Assembly: GCF_009914755.1 (NCBI RefSeq)
Contig: NC_060947.1
Reading direction: 5' to 3' (one strand)
Length of the DNA: 64,000 bases
From: the human T2T-CHM13v2.0 reference genome, Homo sapiens
This document shows, one piece after another, positions 40,001-51,846 of the stretch. Numbering within the stretch: the stretch's first letter is position 1; every line of letters starts with the position of its first letter. The position numbers and the translations under genes were made by a program. Below the pieces are notes generated by a model. That model was not told where the DNA came from, made no database searches, and saw nothing but the letters and a program-made list of their open reading frames with translations.

Positions 40001-41405
40001 GTATCCAACTTTCATATTTGTTCTCGGCAGAAAGGGTTATGCTGATGCTAGCTACACTCTCATAGTCCAAAACAGAAATCTGACTTTATTGTGTTTGAAA
40101 GGAGACAATAATAAAGACCATAAAGTGACAGAATTCTTCCAGATGAGAACGTTAAGGAATTAGACATTTGAGAAGCCACTTTCTGTAAAAATGAGCTGTT
40201 TCCTTAACTATTTTCTGAATTTTTTATCATAGATATGAAGATACTAAGTTGAAAGACTGTTTTTAAATATAACAAACTATTTAGTAACAGTAACATTAGC
40301 CATAGCTGAACACAGTGGTTCTGATCACAGATTCAGATCAGCTAAAGGGATTATAATCTGTGGAACAGAGTATTGAAAGGGAGGATGCTACCCAGCAGTG
40401 ACCCAGAAGTCTGTATTCTGTATAAGTCCTTGGCCAAGAACTAGACTTTTCATGCTCTGGGTGAGATGATATGAGGCTTATGTCAGAATAACTTCTATAT
40501 CATAAGAAGGGAAGAGAGATAACAAAGGTCAAACAGTCTTCAGGAATGTTGAAAAGCCAGACCTTGTAGAGTTTAAGGACCATCTTATATTCTGATTAAC
40601 TCCCAAGCATGTGACCCCAGAAATGCCACAATTGACGAGTTAGAAAAACGCCCTAGGTTAAGAGTTAACCTCGATTTACACTAACAAAGCCTGAAACCCA
40701 ACACTGATAAAATATTCAGAAGAAATAAGGTTTGAAGACTGAATCCCTCTGATTAGAGGGGCCAAGGAAACACTGTGGACTTAAAACATATCTGCAAAAT
40801 AGCCTGAGAAGTGTGAGGAGAACATCAATGCAGAAAAATAGCCTGGTGTGTGGAATCAGAGCTTGAACACACTGATTAGTGCATCTATACAAAGGAGGTG
40901 GCATTGGTGGTGGTAGGAGACAGGAGTTATATGGACAAAATAACAAAATAATTGAAAAAATATTGAAGATTTATATTATATTATATTATATTATATCTTA
41001 TTATTATTATTATATATGATGCCAATAGTGAAAGAGGGTCTTGCAGGAGACTGAAACCCAAAGACAGGACAAACTTTACATTAAAATTTTTTTTTTCTCT
41101 CTTCCTGCTATTTGCACCAGTACTTGGGCTAAGACACAAAAAGTATGCAGCAGAGCAGAGTAAATATGGCCCTGGATATATATGGCCAGAGGATTAAAAT
41201 GGGGAATCCCAAGAAACTGGAAAGTATTGGGGGTGTTTTGGAGGGGGAGGTGGTCAAGCAAGTGAACCCAAAAAGTTGTTTATGAAGTTCTAAATTTACC
41301 TCAAAGCTGTACATCCACAGATTTTATTCTAAACACAAAGATAGACAACTTCCAAGATCTAAGTGAATGATACACATGTGGAAGAGATCCAAATAATACT
41401 GAACT

Positions 41406-41854
41406 TTTTTCTGTGCAGAAGCTTTTTAGTTTCATCCAATCCATTTGTCTATTTTTGCTTTCATTGAAAAAAGAGATTGTGGAATGATGGTTTCCAGGGG
41501 CTTGGAGGAGGTGGAAACAGAGATGAATTTTTCAAAGTTTACAAAATTTCAGTTATTCAATATGAATAGATGCTAGAGAGCTACTGTACAGCATAGTGCC
41601 TATAATTAGCAATACTGAATTATATACTTAAAAATTTACTAAGATGGTGAGTCTAATTGTATGTCTCTTCACCACAAAAAAGAAAGGAAAAAGGCAAGAA
41701 AAAACTTTTGTAGGTGATATATATGTTTATGGCATTAATTTTGGTGATAGTTTTATGGGTGTATATTTATCTCCAGACTCACTAAATTGTATACGCTAAA
41801 TATGTACAGCTTTTTGTGTTAATTATACCTCTATAAACTATTTTAAAACAAAAA
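41406..41854 (+). mobile_element. Short L1MA 3' end with an inverted 5' piece (41406-41465)
   Basis: Antisense ctgtgcagaagctttttagttt is joined to a sense 3' UTR. Degenerate TSD caaataatactgaact / caaataccactgtact. Confidence 0.65.
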
Positions 41855-42038
41855 CAAATACCACTGTACTGGCATTAAAACCACAACCCACAAATGACTT
41901 CAGAACTTGTGTCCTGAACACAACAGGTTAGATTGCTTGCTATAACAAAAGTAACCACTGGATAAGTCTTCTCCACTAGCTAAAGAAGACTTCGTATTCT
42001 AATAACATCCAGAACACAATTCAAACTCACTTGGCACA

Positions 42039-43262
42039 ATATGCAGACAACTAAAACTGGACCCCTTTCTTACACCTTAAACAAAAATTAACTCAAGATG
42101 GATTAAAGACTTAAATGTAAAACCCAAAACCATAAAATCCCCAAAAGAAAACTTCGGCAATACCATTCAGGACATGGGCATGGGCAAAGACTTCATGATG
42201 AAAACACCAAAAGCAATTGCAACAAAAGCCAAAATTAACAAATAGAATTTAATTAAACTAAAGAGCTTCTGCACAGCAAAAGAAACTAGCATCAGAGTGA
42301 ACAGACAACCTACAAAATGGGAGAAAATTTTCGCAATCTACCCATCTGAACAAGGTCTAGTATGCAGAATCTACAAGGAACTTAAACAAATTTACAAGAA
42401 AGTAGCAAACCCATCAAAAAGTGGACAAAGGATATGAAAAGACACTTCTCAAAAGAAGACATTTATGTGGCCAACAAACATATGAAAAAAAGCTCATCAT
42501 CACTGATCATTAGAGAAATGCAAATCAAAACCACAATGAGATACCATCTCATGCCAGTCAGAATGGTGATTATTAAAAAGTCAAGAAGCAATAGATGCTA
42601 GTGAGGCTGTGGAGAAACAGGAATGCTTTTACACTGTTGGTGGGAATCTAAATTAGTTCAACCATTGTGGAAGACAGTATGGCAATTCCTCAAGGGTCTA
42701 GAACCAGAAACACCATTTGACCCAGCAATCCCATTACTAAGTATATACCCAAAGGAATATAAATTATTCTGCTATAAAGAAACATGCACATGTATGTTTA
42801 TTGCAGCACTATTTACAATAGCAAAGACATGAAACCAACCCAAATGCCCATCAATGATATACTGGATGAGGAAAATGTGGCACATATACACCATGGAATA
42901 CTACGAAACCGTTAAAAGAATGAGATCATGTCCTTTACAGGGACATGGATGAAGCTGGAAGCCGTCATCTTCAGCAAACAAACACAGGAACAGAAAACCA
43001 AACACCGCATGTTCTCACTCTTAAGTGGGAGTTGAACCATGAGAACACATGGACACAGGGAGGGAAACAACAAACACTGGGGTCTGTTGGGGGGTGAGGG
43101 TCAAGGGAAGGGAAAGCATTAAGACAAATATCTAATGTATGCGGGGCTTAAAACCTAGATGACAGGTTGATGGGTGCAGCAAACCACCAGGGCACATGTA
43201 TACCTGTGTAACAAACCTGCACATTCTGCACATGTATCCTGGAATTGAAAGTAAAATTTAAA
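42039..43262 (+). mobile_element. 5'-truncated L1PA8/10-like element
   Basis: ORF 42623..42832 ([17 protein letters not shown]). The 3' UTR reads gcggggcttaaaacctagatgac. Confidence 0.9.
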
Positions 43263-44395
43263 AAATTACTTGATACAAAACTAGGGAAATCACAAATTCA
43301 AATGGGAAAAGACACTCAATAAATGGTAAAGCTAAGATGACAAAGATGTTGGAATTAGCAGAAAAATATTTTAAGCAACTATTTAATAATGCACTAACAG
43401 AAATTAAAATATTATTTAAATAGAAAAATACTGTTAAAAATCTCAGCAAAATATAAAAGATATTAAAAATGTGAATTACAGACTTAAAGATAGAATAATC
43501 AAAATAAAAACTCATTAGATAGGCTACATAGTAGAAAAAGATGACAGAAAAATCAGTAAACTTAAAGAAAGATTAATACAAATTATCCCATGTGAGCAAA
43601 AAGAAAAGGCTGATACAAAATAAGCAGAGCCCCAACACCAAGTGGCGTAATATTAAAAGGTCTAACATTTATGTAATTCAAGTTGCCAAAAAAGAGAAAG
43701 AATACAGTACATCAAAAATATTTAATTCAAATATATAAATATATAGATTTCAGAAGCTTAGTGAACAACAACAATGTATATTAACCAATTTGTTGGGTTA
43801 TAAAACATACTTTAACAAATTTATGAGTTAAAAATTATACAAAGTCTGCTATATATCCATAATGGAATTAGACTAGAAATCAGAAAAGGAATGATAATAC
43901 GAAAACCTCCAAACATTGCAAAATTAGTACAAATATAAATAATCTATATGTCAGAGAAGTCTCAGAAAAATTAAAAATTATACTTTAGCTCAATGAAAAT
44001 GGAAACTCAACATGTCAAATTTGAATAACATCGCTAAAACAATGCATAGTGAAAATTTATGGCAAAACAGTTAGAGAAGAGTAAAAGACTGTAATCAGAA
44101 ATCTAAGCTGTCACTTCCAGAAACTAGAAAAAGAAAAATAAATACAATCCAAAAGAATGAAGGAATTCACAAATTTGAGATCAGAAAGCAACATATTTGA
44201 AAACAAATAATGCAGAAAAGCAATATAATCAGGCATGTTTCTGTTAAAGATTCATAAATTGGCTAACCAATTTTTATTTTATTTTATTAATGAGACTAAA
44301 ATAAAAGAGTACATGGATTAAAAATATATTGAATGAAATGATGAATACCATTACAGATTATGCAAACATTAAAAGGATAATAAAGAAATACTGTA

Positions 44396-44690
44396 GGCTG
44401 GGCACGGTGGCTCACGCCTGTAATCCCAGCAATTTGGGAGGCCAAGGAGGGTGGATCACGAGGTCAGGAGTTCAAGACCAGCCTGGCCAAGATGGTGAAA
44501 TCCCATCTCTACTAAAAATACAAAAATTAGCTGGGCGTGGTAGTGGGTGCCTGTAATCCCAGCTACTCAGGCGGCTGAGGCAGAGAATTGCTTGAACCCG
44601 GGAGGTGGAAGCTGCAGTGAGCTGAGATTGCACCACTGTACTCCAGCCTGGGTGACAGAGCGAGACTCCATCTCAAAAAAAAAAAAAAAA
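44396..44690 (+). mobile_element. AluSg-like element
   Basis: Full Alu with an A tail; TSD aaagaaatactgta / aaagaaatgctgca. Confidence 0.95.
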
Positions 44691-47583
44691 AAGAAATGCT
44701 GCAGACAACTCTAACCACATATATTTGGCAAACTAAATAAAACAGGCCAATTCCTTGAAAAACACATAATACCAAAACTCAACCAAAATAAAATGCATAA
44801 TCTGAGTAGTCATAAACATCAAAAAAATTAAACTTGTAGTTAAAAATTTACAGAAATAAAATCTCCAAGCCCAGATAGCAATCATGTGAACATATCAATA
44901 GATCAATAACATTTTTGACAAAACTGAACATTTACTAATTGTGAAGGTTAATATTAAGGGTCAACTTGATTGCATTGAGGGATACAAAGTATTTATTTTG
45001 GGTGTGTCTGTGTGGATGTTGCCAAAAGAAGTTAACATTTGAGTCAGTGGGCTGGGGAAGGCAGATCCACCCTTAATCTGGTGGACATAATCTAAATAGC
45101 TGCCAGGAAATATGAAGCAGGCAGAAAAACATGAAAAGGAGACGACAGGCCTAGTCTCCCAGCCTACATCTTTCTACTGTGCTGGATGCTTCCTGCCCTC
45201 CAACAACAGGCTCCAAGTTCTTCAGTTTTGGGGCTTGGACTGGCTCTCCTTGCTCCTCAGTTTGCAGACAGCCTATTGTGAAATCTTGTGAGTGTGTAAG
45301 TTGGACTCAACTTCTAATAGTGTGAAGAACACTCATAGTCCTTGGCATGAACTGTTCAGAGAGTTATGCAAAATAAATGAGTTTGACACTCCTGATTCAC
45401 TGCTCGTGAGAGGCAAGGAGTTCAGTGGCTCTCTATATAATACCTTTGACCAGATGTGGAGAACCAAGGAATGTAGTGAAACTGGTTGATTGCTCCTAAG
45501 TTCAGTAGACCAAGTAATGAAAGAAAATGATGAACTCAGGGATTCTGTCTCCCAGCTTCAGAAGCAAATACTGAGACTCAAATCTGCTAAGATTTCCCTG
45601 AGTGAGAATTTTATCTCCTGTAGAGAAAGAACTGAGATTGTGGAAATACAGACACAAGCTCTTATCATGCAAGTGGCTGACCTGCAATAAAAGGTGTGTG
45701 CACAGCCTTGCCAGGTGCCTACCATTAAAGTGAGGGCATTGATTGGAAAAGAGTGGGACCCTGCATCTTGGAATGGGGATGTGTGGGAAGACCCTGATGA
45801 AGGAGGACAATGAGTTTGTAAATTCTGATGAACCTTTTTTGCTAGAAGGAACAGCTACCCCATCCCCGGTATTAGCAACACTCCACCACTCCCCGCCCCA
45901 CCCATATTGCCATCAGCCTTCCCACCTTTGTCTGAGGAGATAAACCCTGCACTGCCTGAGGCAGTTGTCAGGAATGATAATGTTGATTCTCCACAGAAGC
46001 CAATCCCAACACCTCTGTTTACCTCTAGATGTATACACTAAAGTCCCTGCAAGCCCTTAGAGGTGAGGTTGAGAGTGTGACCCATGAGGAGGTGCACACA
46101 CTAAAAAAAAACTGTTTTGAGTTCTCTAATTTATATGAACAGCCAATCTGGAGAACAGGTATGGGAATGGATATTAAGGGTATGGGATAATGGTGGAAGG
46201 AACATAGTTGGATCAGGCTGAATTTATTGATTTGGGTCCATTAAGTTGAAACTGCATTTAATGTTGCAGCTCAGGGAGTTTAAAAAGGTTCTAAAAGTTT
46301 ATTTGCTTGGTTAGCTGAAATATGGATTAAAAGATGGCCCACTGTGAGTGAGCTGGAAATGCCTGATCTCTCTTGGGTTAATGTAGAGGAAGGGATCCAA
46401 AGGCTTACAGAGATTGGGATGGTGGAGTGGATTAGTCACTTTAGACCTACTCATTCCTGCTGTCAGGGGGGAGGAGGGTTCCAGAAAATATACCTTTGAC
46501 CAATGCCTTGTGAAATAGATTTGTAAGGGCAGCACCTGCATCTTTGAAGAGCCCTGTAATTGCTTTTCTCTGTATGTCAGATCTAACAGTGGGAACTGCA
46601 GTCACTCAACTACAAAATTTAAATACAATGGGAATAATTGGATCCTGAGGTGGCAGGGGCCAAGTGGCAGCACTCAACTGTCAAAGTCAAGGTGGGCATA
46701 GCTACCACAATGGACAGCAGAGGCAAAGCCACAATCAGAATTGTCTGACTCGTGTAGAGCTCTGGCATTGGCTAATTAATCATGGTGTTCCTAGAAGTGA
46801 AATTAATAGGAAGCCTACTGCATTTCTACTTAAATTATACAAACAGAAAACTTCTAGATTGAATGGACAAAAGACTAATTTGAGTTATACAAACAGAGAA
46901 TCATAGCCCCTCAATCAATTTCCAGACTTGAACCAGTTTACAGACCCAGGACCTCTTGAATGAAGGGGAGGCCAGGTCCCCTTGAGGAAGGACCCCACTA
47001 TATTACTGACAATGTATGCAGTGAGTCTTTCTCCCATTCTTCCCCAATGAGACCTCTGGCCTTTTACCAGGGTAACTGTGCATTGAGGAAAGGGAAATGA
47101 TCAGACATTTTGGAGACTACCATACACTGGCTTTGAGCTGATATTGATTCCAGGGGATCCAAAATGTCATTTTGGTTCTCCAGTTAAAGTAGGGGCTTAT
47201 GGAGGTCAGATAATTAATGGAGTTTTAGCTCAGGTCTGACTTACAGTGGGTCCAGTGAGTTCCCAGTCTCATCCTGTGGTCATTTCCCCAGTGCCAGAAT
47301 GCACAATTGGCATAGAGACGTACTTAGCAGCTGGCAGGACCCCCACGTTGGCTCCCTGACTGGTAGGGTGAGGGCTACTATGGTGGGAAAGGACAAATGG
47401 AAGCCATTACAGCTGCCCCTACTTATAAATATAGTAATTCAAAAACAATATCACATCCATGGAGTGATTGCAGAGATCAGTGTCACCATCAAGGACATGA
47501 AGGATGCAGGGGTGGTAATTTCCACCACATCCCTGTTCAACACTCTCATTTGGCCTGTGCAGAAGACAGATGGATCTTAGAGA

Positions 47584-48051
47584 ATGACAGTGGATTATCA
47601 TAAGCTTAACCAAGTGGTTATGCCATTTGCAGGTGCTGTACCAGATGTGGTTTCATTGCTTGAGCAAATTAACACATCTCCTGCTACCTGGTATGCAGCC
47701 ATTGACTTGGGAAATGCCTTTTTCTCGATTCCTGTCCATAATACCCACCAGAAGCAATTTGCCTTCAGCTGGCAAGGCCAGCAATATATCTTTACTATCC
47801 TACTTCAGGTGTATATCAACTCTCCAGCTTTGTGTCATAATCTTATTGGGAGAGATTTTGATTGCTTTTTGCTTCTGCAAGCTATCACACTGGTACATTA
47901 CATTGATGACATTATGCTGAATGGATCCAACACACTGGACTCATGGGTGAGAAATTTGCATGCCAGAGGATGGAAAATAAATCCAACAAAAATTCAGGGA
48001 GCTTCTACCTCAGTAAAATTTCTAGGGATCCAGTGGTGTGGGACCTATTGA
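47584..48051 (+). pseudogene. HERV-L reverse transcriptase fragment
   Basis: DYHKLN, IDLGNAFFSIP, QFAFSWQG and YIDD motifs; flanked by stops. Confidence 0.92.
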
Positions 48052-49088
48052 GATATTCCTTCTAAGGTAAAGGACAAGTTGCTGCATTTGGCCCCTCCTA
48101 CATCCAAGAAAGAGGCACAATGCCTAGTGGGCCTATTTAGACTTTGGAGGCAACACATTCCTCATTTGGGTGTGTTACTATGGCCCATTTATCAAGTGAC
48201 CTGAAAGGCTGCCAGTTTTGAGTGGGGTCCAAGAAGAGGAGAAGGCTCTGCAACAGGACCAGGTTGTGCAAGTTGCTCTGCCACTTAGGCCATATGACCC
48301 AGCAGATCCAATGGTGCTTGAGGTGTTAATGGCAGATAGGGATGCTGTTTGGATCCTTTGGCAGGCACCCATAGGTGAATCACAGCAGAAGCCTCTAGGA
48401 TTTTGGAGTAAGGCCCTGCCATCTTCTGCAGATAACTACTCTCCTTTTGAGAGACTGCTCTTGGCCTGTTACTGTGCTTTCGTGGAAACTGAACGTTTGA
48501 CTATGGGTCATCAAGTCATCGTGCGACGCGAACTGCCTATCATGAACTGTATGCTTTCTGACTCATCAGGCCACAAAGTGGGTCACGCACAGCAGCATCA
48601 TGAAATTGAAGTGGTATATACGTGATTGGGCTCGAGCAGGTCTTGAAGGTACAAGTAAGTTACATGAGTAAGTGGCCCAAATACCCATGGTCTCCACTCC
48701 TGACATCCTGCCTTCTCTACCCCAGCTTGAACCAATGATCTCATGGGGAGTTCCCTATGATCAGTTGACAGAGGAAGAGAAGACTAGGGCCTGGTTCACA
48801 GATGGTTCGGCATGATATGCAGGCACCACCTGAAAGTGGACAGCTACAGCACTACAACCCCTTTCTAGGACATCCCTGAAGGACAGTGGTGAAGGGAAAT
48901 CTTCCCAGTGGGCAGAACTTTGAGCAGTGTGCCTGGTTGTGCACTTTGCATGGAAGGAGAAAAGGCCAGATGTGCGATTATATACTGATTCATGGGCTGT
49001 AGCCAGTGGTTTGGCTGGATGGTCAGGGACTTGAAAGAAGCACGATTGGAAAATTGGTGACAAAGAAATGTGGGGAAGAAGTATGTAG

Positions 49089-49976
49089 ATGGACATCTCT
49101 GAGTGGTCAAAAACTGTGAAGATATTTGTATACCATGTGAGTGCTCACCAATGGGTGACTTCAGCAGATGAGGAGTTTAATAATCAAGTGGATAAGATGA
49201 CCCGTTCTGAGGATACCACTCAGCCTCTTTCCTCAGCCACCCCTGTCATCACCCAATGGGCCCACGAACAAAGTGGCCATGGTGGCAGGGATGGAGGTTA
49301 CACATGGGCTCAGCAACATGGACTTCCACTCACCAAGGCTGACCTGACTATGGCCACTGTTGAGTGCCCAATTTGCCAGCAGCAGAGACCAACACTGAGC
49401 CCTCAATATGGCACCATTCCTTGGGGTGATCAGCCATCCACCTGGTGGCAGGTTAGTTATATTGGACCTCTTCCATCATGGAAAGGGCAGAGGTTTGTCC
49501 TGACTGGAATAGGCACTTATTCCGGATATGGGTCTGCCTATCCTGCACGCAATGCTTCTGCCAAGACTACCACCTGTGGACTCAAGGAATGCCTAATCTA
49601 CCATCATGGTATTCCACACAGCATTGCTTCTGACCGAGGCACTCATTTTATGGCTAAAGAGGTGTGGCAGTGGGCTCATGCTCGTGGAGTTCACTGGTCT
49701 TATCATGTTTCCCATCATCCTGAAGCAGATGGATTGATAGAATGGTGGAATGGCCTTTTGAAGTCACAATTACAACACCAACTAGGTGACAATACTTTGC
49801 AGGACTGGGGCAAAGTTCTCCAGAAAGCCACATATGCTCTGAATCAGCATCTGATATATGGTACTGTTTCTCCCATAGCCAGGTTGATGGGTCCAGGAAT
49901 CAAGGGGTGGAAGTGGCACCACTCACCATCACCCCTAGTGATCCACTACCAAAATTTTTGCTTCCTGTACCTGTGA
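49089..49976 (+). pseudogene. HERV-L RNase H tail and integrase fragment (295 aa open)
   Basis: HHCC finger (HEQSGH...CPIC), SDRGTHF and GLIEWWN are present. The first catalytic Asp appears as Ser (WQVSYIGP), and the C-terminus is frameshifted. Confidence 0.9.
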
Positions 49977-49989
49977 TATTACATTCCAC

Positions 49990-50236
49990 TGCCCTAGACA
50001 TCTTAGTTCCAGAGGGAGGAACACGGCCACCATGAGACACAACAATGATTCCATTAAACTGCAAGCTAAGATTGCCACCTGGACACTTTGGGCTCCTCCT
50101 ACCTTTAAGTCAACAGGCTAACAAGGGAATTACAGTGCTGGCTGGGGTGACTGACCCGGACTATGATATGAAATCAGTCTACAACTCTGCAATGGAGGTA
50201 AGGAAGAGTATGTATGGAATACAGGAGATCCATTAG
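49990..50236 (+). pseudogene. HERV-L dUTPase remnant
   Basis: IPLNCKLRLPPGHFGLL...GITVLAGVTDPDY lies downstream of the integrase, as is typical of ERV-L. Confidence 0.8.
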
Positions 50237-51182
50237 GATGTCTCTTAATATTACCATGCCCTGTGATTCAGGTCAATGGGAAACTACAACAGTCCAATCC
50301 AAGCAGGACTACAAATGTCCCAGACCCTTCAGGAATGAAGGTTTGGATCACTCCACGGGAAAAAAAAAAAAAAAAAAATACGACCTGCTGAGGTGCTTGC
50401 TGAAAGCTAAGGGAATATAGAATGGGCAGTAGAAGAAGGTAGTCATCAATTCCAGCTACAACCACATGACCAACTGCAGAAATGAGGACTGTAACTGTCA
50501 TGAGTATTTCCTCTTTCTTTTGTTAAAAACATGTTTGTGCATGTATATACTTGTACTAAGAAAACATCTTCATTTTATTTCCTTTTCTTTTATCATATGA
50601 CAAGATTTATTGACTTCATATCAGCATTTAAGTATTGTTAACTTTATGTAATAGTATTTGGGTTTGGAATTGGTGCATTTCTGGTTATACGAAGGACAGT
50701 TGTATTATGTTAGGTGTAATTATGACCTAAGTATTGTCTTTATTTGAAGATTATGTATGATCTCAGGAGATGTGTATGGGTTCAAGTTGACAAGGGGTGG
50801 ACTTGTGATGGTAAATACTGAATGTCAACTTGATTGGATTGAGGGATACAAAGTATTAATCCTGGGTGTGTCTGTGTGGGTGTTGCCAAAAGAGATTTGA
50901 GTCAGTGGGCTGGGGAAGGCAGATCCACCCGTAATATGGTGGGCACAATCTAATCAGCTTCCAGTGAATATAAAGCAGGCAGAAAAACATGAAAAGGAGA
51001 CTGCGGGGCTTAGCCTCCCAGCCTACAACTTTCTCCCATGCTGGATGCTTCCTGCCCTAGAACATTGGACTCCAAGTTCTTCAGTTTTGGGACACGGACT
51101 GGCTCTCCTTCCTTCTCAGCTTGCAGACAACCTATTGTGGGACCTTGTGGTCATGTAAGTTAATACTTAATAAATTCCCCTT

Positions 51183-51252
<70 letters not shown>

Positions 51253-51271
51253 GAGAGGAATAGATAGATAT
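51183..51271. repeat. (TA)n(GA)n compound microsatellite in the 3' LTR
   Basis: Direct inspection. Confidence 0.92.
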
Positions 51272-51846
51272 CCTATTAGTTCTCCCCCTCTAAGGGAACT
51301 CTGACTAAAACACTCATCATAAAAACTCTCTGCAAAGACTAGAAAGAAACTTCCTCAATTTATCTGCAAAATATGTACAGGCACCACAATACTAAATGGT
51401 GAAAACTTAATACTTTCTTCCTAAAATCAGGAACAAGGCAAGAACACCTGTTCTCACTACTCTTATTCAACATTATGCTGGAAGTTCAACTACTACAAAA
51501 AAAAAATGAGAAAAAAATAAAAAGACATACAAATTAGAAAAAAAAGAAATAAAATTTCCCGTATTCACAGATGGCATGATTATCTGCAAAAAATGAGGAG
51601 ATATCAACAAAAAACTTTTAGAATTAATCAGGGACTTTAGTAATGTAATAGGATATAAGGCCAAAACACAAAAATTAATCATATTCCTAATATGTCCACA
51701 TTCAGTGGACAATTGAAAATCAGAATCTAAAGATAACATATACCACTTACAACAGCTCTCAAAGTAAAATATTTAGGTATAAATCTACCAAAATATGTGC
51801 AGGGCCTATACGTTAAAACTACAGAATGCTGATGAAATAAATATAA

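Larger units (their letters stand above)
44940..51312 (+). mobile_element. HERV-L provirus (5' MLT2A LTR 44940-45301 truncated; gag-pol-dUTPase remnants; 3' LTR 50804-51312)
   Basis: Paired LTRs with TSD CTAAT/CTCAT and a polypurine tract aaggggtgga at 50792-50801. RT, RNase H, integrase and dUTPase fragments lie in ERV-L order, and there is no env. Confidence 0.95.

Noticed and set aside
40730-40960. Possible old ERV-L LTR fragment
   Set aside because: It looks repeat-like, but I cannot assign family or boundaries from the sequence alone.
45302-46960. Co-opted ERV-L gag (Fv1-like) gene
   Set aside because: The start is deleted, there are multiple stops and frameshifts, and the longest pieces are only ~65-80 aa.
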